A stretch of DNA of 64,000 nucleotides. It comes from Octopus vulgaris. Taxonomy: Eukaryota. This document shows positions 42,428 to 54,981 of this stretch, piece after piece (positions within the stretch are counted from its first letter, which is position 1; each line of letters starts with the position of its first letter). The notes under the pieces were generated by a model, which was not told where the DNA came from, made no database searches, and was given only the letters and a program-made list of their open reading frames with translations. Location of the stretch: positions 9,052,001 to 9,116,000 of the forward strand of contig OX597836.1 of NCBI GenBank assembly GCA_951406725.2, given 5' to 3'. A program made the translations under genes and the position numbers.

Positions 42428-43023
42428 TACTACTACTACTACTACTTCTACATCTATTAACACAAATACTAACAGTATGACATCAACTACAACTACTACT
42501 ACAACAAAACCTACTGCTACTTCTACTGTTACTACAGCTACTACTAATACTACTGCTACTACAGCTACTACTAATACTACTGCTACTACCACTACGACCA
42601 CTATTACTACCACCACCACCACTATTACTACTACAACTACCACCACCACCATCGCCACTACTACTACTACTACTACTACCACGTCTACTTCTACCTCTAC
42701 GACCACTATTATTACTACCCACCACCACCACTGTTAAGCTACCACCACCACCACTACTACTACCATTACGACCACTATTACTACTACTACTGCTAGCTAC
42801 TACTACTACTACTACTACCACGTCTACTTCACCACTACCACCACTACTACTACTACCACCACCGCCACCACCACCACTACCACTACTACTACTACTACTA
42901 CTACCGCCACCACCACCACCACTACTACTACAACTACTAACTACAACAACCACCACCACCAACACCACCAACATCACCACTACTACTATTACTACTACTA
43001 CCACTACTATTACTACTACTACT

Positions 43024-43055
<32 letters not shown>

Positions 43056-43115
43056 CACTACTATTACTACTACTACCACCACTACTATTACTACTACTAC
43101 TACTACTACTACTTC
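42345..43115. repeat. Mixed (ACT)n/(ACC)n triplet repeat
   Basis: Direct reading. Confidence 0.95.
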
Positions 43116-43527
43116 TTTAGTCATGTGCTGCTTGTTACCATTCCGTTTTTTTTGTTTTTGTTTTTTGTTGTTTTTCTTTTTATATTGTTTCTGTATTTTT
43201 AATGTGGGTAAAGTCGGACAAAATGTGATGAGAATCTGTTGAGAGGCAATATTTGATGAGAAATACACAGAGGCTGTTTGATGTTGACCCTTTATGCTGG
43301 TAAGTGTGTCCCCTGAAGTCGAGAGTGGCGGTGGCTGGGTGAGGGGGGAGGGGGAATGTGACTGGGGGGTGTGGGGCGGGGGACGGGGGCGAACGTACAG
43401 CATTTGACTTTTAACAAACGCTTCATCTTCTGGAACAAATACTATGTGTGTGTATTGTGTATGCATGTGTATGCGCATACGTGTGTGTGTGTGTGTGTGT
43501 GTGAGTGTATGTGTGTGTGTGTGAATG

Positions 43528-43562
<35 letters not shown>

Positions 43563-43617
43563 CAGTATGTATCTGTGTATGTGTGAGAGTGCCGGTGTAC
43601 GAGTGTGAATATAGAAG

Positions 43618-43651
<34 letters not shown>

Positions 43652-43778
43652 CGTGTGTGTACGAGTATGTGTTTGTGTATATATGTGCATGTGTATGTAT
43701 ATAGTTATATATATATACGTATATAGATATATACACACATACACATATATACACACATATATACATACACACGTATAT

Positions 43779-43837
<59 letters not shown>

Positions 43838-43876
43838 TACACATATATATATGCGTATTCGTATATACGTTTATAT

Positions 43877-43939
<63 letters not shown>

Positions 43940-44291
43940 TGTAGGTGTGAATGTGAAGAGGGCCCTGAAGAGTATGTGAATGCGTGTGTGAGTGTTTGTG
44001 CGCTCGCGCACGTGTGTGTTTGTGTGTACATGAATGTCAAAATGTATGTTTATCTGTGTTACTGTCTCTGTTTGAATGTGTGTGTGTGTGTATATGTATA
44101 CATATGTATATATATGTTATAAATATATTAAGTGTATATGTTCACATTAAATGTATATATGCATGTATATACATACATATATTGTATATAAATATATGTG
44201 TATGTATGTATGTATGTATGTATGTATGTATGTATGTATGTATGTATGTATGGTAAATGAAAGACGGAAGATGGAATATACGAGAATTTAT

Positions 44292-44407
44292 TATTAATCA
44301 CGACAATTGTTTCGACACATCTAGCTTCGATCCCTCACGGATGAAACGCTTAACAACTGGTTCAGGAGCACCCGGCGGTGCAGATGTGTCTCATCAGGTG
44401 ATAAATA
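44292..44407 (-). ncRNA. Type I hammerhead ribozyme, intact core
   Basis: Minus: tatttatcac [CTGATGA] GACACATCT ..59 nt.. AGATGTGTC [GAAA] CAATTG [TC] gtgattaata. Stem I 9/10 pairs, stem II 9 bp, palindromic stem III ACAATTGT, GUC site with predicted cut between 44302 and 44301. Confidence 0.85.
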
Positions 44408-44560
44408 GACACAGATCGTTAAAATAACAGTTCCGCAATGTGTCTTCTCATTTCGTAGAAAGAAAAGCAGCAAAAGGAAGGGAAATATCTTCATTAATAT
44501 AGAAGATCAAAGATAAAATCACAGATCCCAAAAAGAAACGAACACGCAATATATATATAT

Positions 44561-45064
44561 TATTTCAGATTACCCTTTGATATTATTAATTATTGATAAA
44601 GTTTTTCCTGGATAATTTTTGAAATGAAAAAGCCGGCATATTTATTTACTGCCGACAGGGAGCTGCGCTTGCGCAGTAGATTTGAAAAATTAGAATGTAT
44701 AAGCACGGGGCATATACTGGATTGCCTTGTGTATATATATTTGATCTAAGGTGTACCTGCTGAAGAAGGCTTCGCCTAGCAAATTATTTTATTTGCTAAA
44801 AAAAGTCTGAAACCATTGGTCCAGGAGTTAGATGGTAAATGTTTTTATTTTTCGTTCCGTTCGAAATTTTATCCCTAACAGTGGTTTGGAATTTAACTGT
44901 CCTCTCTAGCGTGCATGTAGTCCTATGATGGATACCTTTTATGTGTTTAAATGTACACTGTATTTATATGAATAATATATAGTCTATTGACTAAAATAAT
45001 TACACGCTAGGCCACTGGTAAAGGAAATTTCTTATATTTCAGATTATCCTTTGATATTATTAAT
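44561..45064 (+). mobile_element. Non-coding ribozyme-bearing element (retrozyme / Penelope-like), 474-nt unit with 30-nt terminal direct repeat
   Basis: tatttcagatta(c/t)cctttgatattattaat at 44561-44590 and 45035-45064 (29/30 identical); internal HHR; microsatellite flanks. Confidence 0.7.
44744..44833 (+). ncRNA. Type I hammerhead ribozyme, intact core
   Basis: atctaa-ggtgta-cctg [CTGAAGA] AGGCTT cgcc TAGCAAAT tatttt ATTTGCTA aaaa AAGTCT [GAAA] CCATTGG [TC] cagg-ag-ttagat. Bipartite stem I with internal loop; predicted cut after 44821. Confidence 0.85.
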
Positions 45065-45120
45065 CATATATATATACACACACACACACACACGCACACA
45101 CACACACACACACACATACG

Positions 45121-45518
45121 AAGGCGGCGAGCTGGCAGAATCGTTAGCACGCCGGGCGAAGTGCTTAGCGGTATTTCGTCTGTCTTTACGTTCTGAGTTC
45201 AAATTCCGCCGAGGTCGACTTTGCCTTTCATCCTTTTGGAGTCGATTAAGTAAATACCAGTTACGCACTGGGGTCGATATAATCGACTTAATCCGTTTGT
45301 CTGTCCTTGTTTGTCCTCTCTGTGTTTAGCCCCTTGTGGGTAGTAAAGAAATAGGTATTTCGTCTGTCTTTACGTTCTGAGTTCAAATTCCGCCGAGGTT
45401 GACTTTGCCTTTCATCCTTTCGGGGTTGATAAATTAAGCACCAGTTGCGTACTGGGGTCGATCTAATCGACTGGTCCCTTCCCCCAAAATTTCGAGCCTT
45501 GTGCCCAGAGTGAAAAGA
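45121..45518 (+). mobile_element. SINE B dimer
   Basis: Full unit plus a unit starting 'gtatttcgtc' after 'aaagaaatag'. Confidence 0.9.
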
Positions 45519-46144
45519 ATACACACACACACATACACACACAGAGTAAATATTTATCAAACGGTTATGATATCAATACGTTTAAAAGCACAACATAAGA
45601 AGAGTGAAAAAAAAATGATTAAAACAAAAATCTCCCCCGAGAATCGAACCACAGATCCCACAACTCTCTTCCATCTGACGAAGGACATTACACAAAAGTA
45701 ACCCGCCGTCCCTGCTATCGAATTTTGTTAGCATAAGCAAGCATACTGTTGGATTAGCTATCACTGTTTGCCTTCATTTGATTTTCGTTGGATTTTTTCA
45801 TATACCCTCAAGCGGTGAGAGGTCGTCCCGTTGTTATCAACGACAGTTTAATCTCATACAAGACACATCCATGCTGATCGATACGAACTCTCTGTATAAA
45901 TATAATATCATATGAATGGCTGAGACTTAAGCACTTTTATACGTATAGCGTACGATGGAATAACATATAAGACAAAACTGCAAACAGGAATTATTGAATA
46001 TATTTCGACTACCATGAAATACATACGTGTGTGTATATGTGTGCGTGCACGCGTGTGTGTGAGAGTATGTATGTATGCATATGTGTATATATATGTATAT
46101 ATATATATGTATAAATATACATATACATTTATATAGATATATAT

Positions 46145-46193
<49 letters not shown>

Positions 46194-46219
46194 TCATATA
46201 TATTTATATATATATATTA

Positions 46220-46588
46220 CTCTTTTACTTGTTTCAGTCATTTGACTGCGGCCATGCTGGAGCACCACCTTTAGTCGACCAAATCTACCCCAGGACTTAC
46301 TCTTTGTAAGCCTAGTACTATTTCAATCGGTCTCTTTTGCCGAATCGCTAAGTTACGGAGGCGTATACACACCAGCATCGGTTGTCAAGTGATGTTGGGA
46401 GGACAAACACACACTTATATGTACATATACATAGATACGATGGGCTTCTTTCAATTTCCACTCACAAGGCTTTGGTCGGCCCGAGGCTATAGTAGAAGAC
46501 ACTTGCCCAAGGTGCCACGCAGTGGGACTGAACCCGGAACCATTTGGTTGGTAACCAAACTACTTACCACACAGCCACTCCTGCGCCT
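46220..46588 (-). mobile_element. SINE A near full length
   Basis: Matches family A. Confidence 0.9.
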
Positions 46589-46600
46589 CATGCATATATA

Positions 46601-46963
<363 letters not shown>

Positions 46964-47809
46964 TACAGAACAGATTTAACTTAGTAGAAGGTAGCTTGTA
47001 CCGTGATGAGGGACTTCTTTTATTAACTATGTGAATAACCATCAAAAAATATAATAAACAGTCAAAATAAGGATAAAACTAGGTTATTCACAGATTTGAA
47101 CCTGCAAGTCGTAGTCTGTACAACCTCCCAAAAGAGTTTAATTTCCTTGACATAACAATGAAATTAGTTGCTCTAAAATACCACCCCTAAAGAAAATCGA
47201 ATGAATTCCTACAGAACATCCGTAAAATTTCAAACCACCCACCAGCTATCATAAAGAATCTATCCCCAAAACACTAATCTCAAGTTATCTAGCATCTCGT
47301 ACGATGAAACTTCCTTTAAAACGCAGCAGATAATTATAACGAAACCCTCTGAAGGAATGGCTTTAAGGATAAGATAAATAAGTCGCCAAGAACGACATTC
47401 ATAACACCAGATGTAAAAACAGACGATATAAGACATTATGGTAGGAGAGAAAGAGAGGAATGAACAGGCAAACAGGTGGATAGAGTAAGAAAAAGAGACA
47501 AGAAGAGAGAGAGAGAGAGAGAGAGGGAGAATGAGAGAGAGAATGACAGAATGAGAGAATGGGAGAATGGGAGATCGTTTCATACTAACTATGGTTAAGT
47601 GTATGTGTGTTTGCGTGAGTGTAGAAGGGAGAAGCAAAGACAGAGAGACAAAGTGAGAAGGAGAGAGAGAGAATAAAAGACAACGGAGAGAGAGGGGAGA
47701 GAGAGAAAAGACATGCATAGAGAGAGAGAGAGAGACAGACGGACAGACAGAAAGATGAAGAGAGAGACGTACAGTGCTAACGTTAACACATCATTTATTG
47801 ACTCTGTGT

Positions 47810-47845
<36 letters not shown>

Positions 47846-48197
47846 GATAGAAAGCTGGAGGGAGAAATGGGAAAACGGCGAGAGAGAGAGAGAGAAATAG
47901 AGAAATAGAGGAGGTAAACATGAAGAGAGTGAGAGCGGGAAACACAGAGAGAGAGACCTAGAGAGAGAAAGAGAGAAATATAGTGTGTAAACGCGAAGAG
48001 ATTGAAAGCGGGAGACAGAGAGCTAGAGAGAGAGAGACAGCTAGAGAGAGAGAGATAGAGTGAGAGAAATAGAGAAATAGAGTGGGTAAACACAAAGAGT
48101 GAGAGCGGGAGATAGAGAGAGAGAGGAGAGCTAGAGAAAGAGAGGGGGAAGTAAAGAAATAGAGTGGGTAAGTACGAAATGAGTGAGAGCGGGTGAC

Positions 48198-48272
<75 letters not shown>

Positions 48273-48759
48273 GAGGGGGAGGGAAGAGATGGGGAGAGAT
48301 AGCTAGAGAGGGCGAAAGGGAGAGTCTAGTAAATCCAAGCACATATCATCTGTTAACTGACTTATTTTGAAACTGTCAACAGAAAAATACTTTAAACGAG
48401 AGAAGAAAAAAAAAGAATTACTTAGAGACGCCATTTTTTAAAAAGTTTTTTTCTTTTTTTTTTCGGTAACAACAAGAAAATAAGAGAAAATAAGCAGCAA
48501 AGACGACAAAAACACCAACAACAACACCAACAACAACAGTACCAGCAACAGCAATAATTTCCAAGAGCAACAGGAACAACAAGAAACATAGCAGCAGCGG
48601 CATCAGCGGCAGCAGCAACAACAACAACAACATTAATAAACTACCAAAAAAACCCACTTTTTTGTTCTTTTGTTATTTAGCTCTGTTTCTCACATGAAAC
48701 ATTCTGTCTAGAAGAGCTTGGAGCGGTGGGGTGGGTGGGGTCATCGTGCAGAATGGTGA

Positions 48760-48823
48760 ATGTGGTGGTGGTGGTGGTGGTGGCGGTGGTGGTGGTGGTG
48801 TCGATGATGACGGTGATGATGAT

Positions 48824-48890
<67 letters not shown>

Positions 48891-49163
48891 GGGTGGTGGT
48901 AGTAGGGGTGGTGGTGGTAGTGGTTGTGGTTGTGGTGGGGGGGGAAGAAGATAGTAATGGTGGTGATGGTGACAACGGCTACGACGACGACGACGATGAT
49001 GATGATGATGATGGAACTGATGATGAAGATGATGATGATGATGCCGTTGATGATAATGATGGTGATGAGGAGGAGGAGAAGCAGGAAGAAGGGGGTGGCG
49101 GTGATAATGACGACAGCGACGATGATGATGATGATGACGACGACGACGACGACGATGATGATG

Positions 49164-49217
<54 letters not shown>

Positions 49218-49290
49218 ATGATGATGATGATGATAATGATGATGATGATGACGATGATAACAGTGCAGTAGTAATGGTGGTGGTGGGTAG
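48760..49290. repeat. Mixed (GGT)/(GTA)/(GAT)/(GAC) triplet repeats
   Basis: Direct reading. Confidence 0.95.
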
Positions 49291-49549
49291 AAGCGTCATT
49301 ACCGCAACCACCTCTAACAGCCACCGCTAACAAATAACAATAACAACAGCAACGAAACGAGGAATGAAAGAAGGGAGACGAAAGAGGAAGTGAAGGAAGA
49401 GAAAGAAATAAACAGGAAGAAACAGTGAAAAATGTCAACTTAACATAAACCATTTCTGTGCAGAGAGATTAGAGCGAGGGCGCGCGAACGGGTACACGTA
49501 CGGGTACACGTACGTATGTGTGTGTGTGTATGTACAAGACGGGGGGGGG

Positions 49550-49691
49550 GCTTGCTCCCCTAAGTACATGGTTCCAGGTTCGGCCCTACCACGTGGCGCC
49601 TTTGGCGAGTGTCTTCTATACTATTGATAGGCTCGGTCCGACTAAAGTCTTGTGAGTGGATTTGGTTGGCGGAAACTGAAAGAAGATTTTG

Positions 49692-49757
<66 letters not shown>

Positions 49758-49875
49758 TTGTGTGTTTGCGTGTGTGTTTGTCCCACCACCACCGCTTAAC
49801 AACCGCTGCTGGTGTGTGGTTACGTCCCCGTCATATTAGCGGTTCGCTAAAAGAACGACAGAATAAGTACCAAGC

Positions 49876-49877
<2 letters not shown>
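49550..49877 (+). mobile_element. Diverged SINE A
   Basis: 'catggttccaggttcgg..tgtgagtggatttgg..ggaaactgaaagaag..gaataagtacc'. Confidence 0.8.
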
Positions 49878-49945
<68 letters not shown>

Positions 49946-49968
49946 CAACAACAACAACAACAACAATA

Positions 49969-50575
49969 ACAAGAGCACTCAGAGAGCATAAACCTCTGCC
50001 AAGGCAACGCCAATGTCCTCTCAATGATTAGCCAGAGATGATTTTTAAAATGAGAATATCTGAAATAAACTCAACTGCACTCACTAACAAGAATGCTAAA
50101 AATGAACCCGACCAATCTCAAAAATTAAGTAAAAGAAAAAAAAAACAGGAAAAATAATCCAAAATCCTTGTCCGGTACCGGATCGATCCCAAAATCTAAT
50201 AATTTCGTGCCAGTCATGAGGCCAAACACCCCTGAAGGTTTCATCTGAATCCATCCAGCGGTTCATGAGATATCTTGTCCACAGACAAACAGACAAACAC
50301 GACTTCCGCCTTCACTAAGGCAAAAGTAGCAAGAGCACTGAGAGAGCATAAACCTCTACCAAAGCAACACCAATGTCCTCTCAACGATTAGCCAGAGATG
50401 ATTTTTAAAATGAGAATATCTGAAATAAACTCGACTGCTCTCACAAACGAGACTATTAAAAATGAGCCCGACCGATCTCAAAAATTAAGTGAAAAAAATA
50501 ATCCAGAATAATAATCCAGAATCCTTGTCCGGTACAGGATCGATCCCAAAATCTAATTAGTTCATGCCAGTCATT
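49969..50575 (+). mobile_element. Helentron/DINE-like non-autonomous element, ~1.7 tandem copies
   Basis: 'caagagcact.agagagcataaacctct.cca' at 49970 and 50330. Copy 1 ends with (ACAG/ACAA) repeats and hairpin 'gcctt cact aaggc'. Confidence 0.65.
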
Positions 50576-51491
50576 ATGACTGTCAATGAACGTGTAGGAA
50601 GTTGGATCCTCATACGGCGAAAACAACGGGAGAGTCCATTATATATGCATGTATGTATGTATGTATGTATGTATGTATGTATGTATGTATGTATGTATGT
50701 ATGTGTGTATTATGTATGTATGTATGTGTGTATGTATGCCATTATTCAGTTTTATCTCAAGATTTCTCGCCAACAGAGAAAGAGCCGGTTTCTAACCTAG
50801 ATCTAAGCCTCCTTCATTGGAATTTCAACAACATCAGCATATTCGCTTTTACATTCCAAAACGGTTTACTGATGAAACAAGTGCAAACCACATATGGAAA
50901 GCTTTAATTCAAATTATTTTGTTTGAACTACTGAATTAAGTTATCTATACTCTACCACCGGCATTGTATACTTTCATCTCACTCATTACAGTTAACACGC
51001 ACACACACACACACAGACATCTGTGCGCCAAAGTATTACTTGGCTCTATCAACTATGTTCTATGTTTATCTCTGGTCGATGACTTTCCAGGTGAGTTGTG
51101 TTAGAGCGGTGCAATTTTCCATGGTCTTTAACTTGAATGCGTAGAGATGTTGACTTTTAAAAGTATTCGCAGTTAAGCCGATAAAATTCCTTTCAATGCC
51201 GTTAGGAGGAACCATAACTTGTCAGTATTCGACATTTTTAAAGAAGATTCTGGGTGAACTAGGTAGGCAGATTAAATCAGGTTGGCTTATTGGGAGGTAA
51301 CTGCACGAAGGAATGTTTTTAATTGTAGTGTTTGACCTGAGAAGCGAATATTATCTAGACATGACTAACAGGCCTTGACGTTATGTACGTTGAGGAGCTT
51401 ATAGTATTTGTATGTGGAAGGGAAACAATGTTTTATTAATTAGGAAATTCCTTTTTAAATAAACAGACACTAATAGTGAGAAAGATTTAGC

Positions 51492-51566
51492 TCTATTCAA
51501 CATGTAGAGTTCTATTCAACCTGTAGAGTTCTATTCAACCTGTAGAGTTCTATTCAACCTGTAGAA
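51492..51566. repeat. 19-bp minisatellite, ~4 copies
   Basis: TCTATTCAACCTGTAGAGT tandem, no spacers. Confidence 0.95.
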
Positions 51567-51684
51567 ACTTGCTTGTTTCGTTCCAAAATATTTGTAGTAT
51601 GGAACTGATTTGCACCCAAATGAAGAAACGGCTGTAATAAAGTGCTATAGATTTAATGATATTGCCCTCGAAGCACGCTGTCAC

Positions 51685-52003
51685 TCTGTCGGTTATGATG
51701 TCGTGGGTTCTAATTGATTCGGTCAATGGAACAGCCTAGTCGTGAAATTAATGTACAAGTGGCTGAGCACTTCACAGGCATACGTACTCTTAACAGACAG
51801 ACGTTTTCTGGTAGATTCAGCGTGGTACAGAATGTGACAAGGCTAGTTCTTTGAATTGCAGATACAACCCATTTTTGTCAGCTGAGTGGACTGGAGCAGC
51901 ATGAAATAAAGTGTCTTGCTCAAGGACACAACGTACCACTGGGAATCGAACTCCCGACCTTACGATCGTGAGCCAAATATCCTAACCACTAAACCACGCG
52001 CTT
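51685..52003 (-). mobile_element. SINE C full length
   Basis: Reverse complement of the 40463-40785 copy. Confidence 0.88.
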
Positions 52004-53876
52004 TCGGAGCATAAAAGTATATCATTTTAAATAAAATATTTTCCCCAATAGCATCGATCCATGGTTGTTCCGGTTGTTCGATCAACTGAAATACTAACGC
52101 ATTGAATTATGGTCGAGTATTCCCACAGATATTTGTGGCTGTAATGTAAATCTCAGGCAGACATAGCTTGACACAGCATGTCTAATCTAACCCCTTAAAT
52201 TACAAGCCGATCTTGTATTACTCTGCAGGTAGCGAAGCATTTCTCAGGCTGTTGGATCATTGCCATAATCCTTGGACAAACGCATTGTGGCATGGTGCGA
52301 CAAATCTGACCCCTTAAATTACGAGTACTACCCTCTTTTTATAACACGGTGGGTGACTGAATATTCCAAAGACAACTGGACTATTACCATACTCTTCGAA
52401 CAGGCTCGTTTGTAACATGACGAGATAATGCTACAGAGAGAGTCCTTCAGAAAAGGTTTCTAGCTTGTCGAAGCCCTTTCTGAAGATTTTAAAGACGGCT
52501 GTAATATATTTTAGAAACCAGTTGACCAAGGTGCTGAGTGGTGGAATAGAACCCAAGATTTTGTGATTGCAAAACCGAATTCTAAACCATTCGACCAAAT
52601 ACGCATACTAGTTACACACATACAGAGAGACTAACACACACACACACTCTCTCTCTCTCTCTTTTTTTCCCTCTCTCTCTTTTCCCTCTCTCTTTTTCTT
52701 TCTCTCTCTCTCTCTCTCTCTCTCACGCAGTCACTCGCACTCATACATAGAGAAGGTCGCATACAGAATCACACACACACACACACACATACATACAGAG
52801 TCAATTACAAAGAACCACATACACAAGCACAGGGACAAACACACATACACATGCACACACACATTCTCACACAAACAGAGAAGGTCACACACAGTCACAC
52901 GAACACACACATACCCGAGCAGAAAGAGTCAATTACACACACACACACACACACACACATGCAAACACATCCTCATACACACATACGCATATACACATAC
53001 ACACACACAGTGTTCCATTCTTAACATACGACAAAAACTCTCGCAACAATCAACCATTGCTGGGGGTTTTTTATAATTTTTTAACGTAGATATTTTTGTT
53101 TGTGCGTGTTTTTTTTTTCGTTTTAGCCTTTTATTTTATGCTTTTTTTTAAATAGTCTTTGTTGAAATTTTTCATTCGTTTATTTATTATTCCATTATTT
53201 ATTTACCATTTTCAGAGTGGTGTGGAGGGTATCTTTACGGGGCGGAGGAACGAAGAAGGTGGGTATTTTTCTGTGAATTACATTCTTGTCATACTAACAG
53301 ATTATGCGATGCAGCTGTCAAGTTCGGCCATCGCTAACACACACACACACAAACACACACACACACTCACACGCTCACACATACGCACACACACAGACGC
53401 ACGCACACACACACACACACATACATACACGCACACACACACATACACACGCACGCACACACACACATACACACACTCACACACACACACGCACGCACAC
53501 TCACACACACACTTACACACACTCACACACATACACACATGCACACACATGCACACACACACACACGCACGCACGCACACACACACACACGCACAAACAC
53601 ACACACACACGCTCACACACACGCACACATACACACATGCACACACACACACACGCACGCACACACACACACACACACTCACACACACATACACACATGC
53701 ACACACACACACACAGAAAATCACTCTCGTTCTCCGCCATTTTAAAATAGCGGGAAAAGCGAGAAAAGAAACAGACAATAAAATATAATAAAATAAAATT
53801 TTTTAAATGACTGAAAGAACAATAAAAAAAAACAACCACTGCGCGCGAAATTGTTTTTTATGCGGGTTTAAGCAGG

Positions 53877-53994
<118 letters not shown>

Positions 53995-54093
53995 CTGAGC
54001 CAATACTTAGAGCCGTACGGTCTGTCGCCTCTGCTAAGAGATATATAAGCCTGACGGTTTGGAGCGATAAAGTTACTACTAACACTACTACTG

Positions 54094-54300
54094 TGGAGGC
54101 GCAATGGCCCAGTGGTTAGAGCAGCGGACTCGCTGTCGTGGGATCGTGGTTTCGATTCCCAGACCGGGCATTCTGAGTTTTTATTGAACGAAAACACCTA
54201 AAGCTCCACGAAGCACCGGCAGAGGGTGATGGCGAACCTTGCTGTACTCTTTCACCACAACTTTCTCTCACTCTTTCTTCCTCTTCCTGTTTTTTGTTGT
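54094..54300 (+). mobile_element. SINE D 5' part
   Basis: ggaggcgcaatggcccagtggttag..ggtttcgattcccagaccggg. Confidence 0.85.
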
Positions 54301-54351
54301 GCCTGTTTTTCAAAGAGCTATATACAACGGGGCAAAATTTTCTGAGCAACT

Positions 54352-54556
54352 TAGTACAGTCGCACTGAATCATAAAATCCCATAGGATCTTTGCATTGTT
54401 ATTTTCGACGATGCATTCGAGTTTGTGGTCGTACCAATTTTTTGCTCTGTCAAGTCCATACTTGTTGCAAAGTGTCCAATGGACAAGCCTGGCTATATTG
54501 TTGTGGCGTCTTTTATATTCCTTCTGGGCTAATGGCGTACATTGGCTGGTACATGC
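54352..54556 (-). pseudogene. Fragment of an RLE-type (R4/Dong-like) non-LTR retrotransposon ORF
   Basis: SQCTPLAQKEYKRRHNNIARLVHWTLC..WYDHK..VENNNAKILWDFMIQCD, the RHN/RHD region between zinc knuckle and restriction-like endonuclease. Confidence 0.85.
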
Positions 54557-54589
54557 CATACGGTTTCACCATGCCATACGGTTTCATTC

Positions 54590-54981
54590 TTATTTCTACT
54601 TTAGGCACAAGGCCTTGAAAATTTTGGGGGAAGGAGGCTAGTCGATTACATCGACCTCAGTGCGTATCTGGTACATCGGCCCGAAAGGATGAAAGGCAGA
54701 GTTGATCTCAGCGGATTTTGAACTTAGATTAAGACGGACGAAATACCTATTTCTTTACAATCCACAAGGGGCTAAACACAGAGAGGACAAACAAGGACAG
54801 ACAAACGGGTTAAGTCGATTATATCAACCCCAGTGCGTAACTGGTACTTAATTTATCGACCCCGAAAGGATGAAAGGCAAAGTCGACCTCGGCGGAATTT
54901 GAACTTAGAACGTAACGGCATACGAAATATCGCTAAGCATTTCGCCCGGCGTGCTAACGTTTCTGCCAGCTCGCCGCCTTT
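54590..54981 (-). mobile_element. SINE B dimer
   Basis: Two units with the recurrent junction (plus strand 'gacgaaatacctatttcttt'). Confidence 0.88.

Noticed and set aside
42329-43886. 467-aa and mucin-like ORFs
   Set aside because: Concatenated triplet and dinucleotide repeats.
50770-50825. Minus-strand ATGAAGGAG..GAAACCGG motif
   Set aside because: Resembles the variant motifs but lacks CUGA and UH; too weak without a family alignment.
51492-51566. CRISPR-like short repeats
   Set aside because: Contiguous 19-bp units with no spacers, eukaryotic context and no cas genes.
54094-54170. tRNA gene (also other A/B-box heads, e.g. 6290-6380, 11285-11350)
   Set aside because: No complete cloverleaf; heads run into SINE bodies or are too degenerate.
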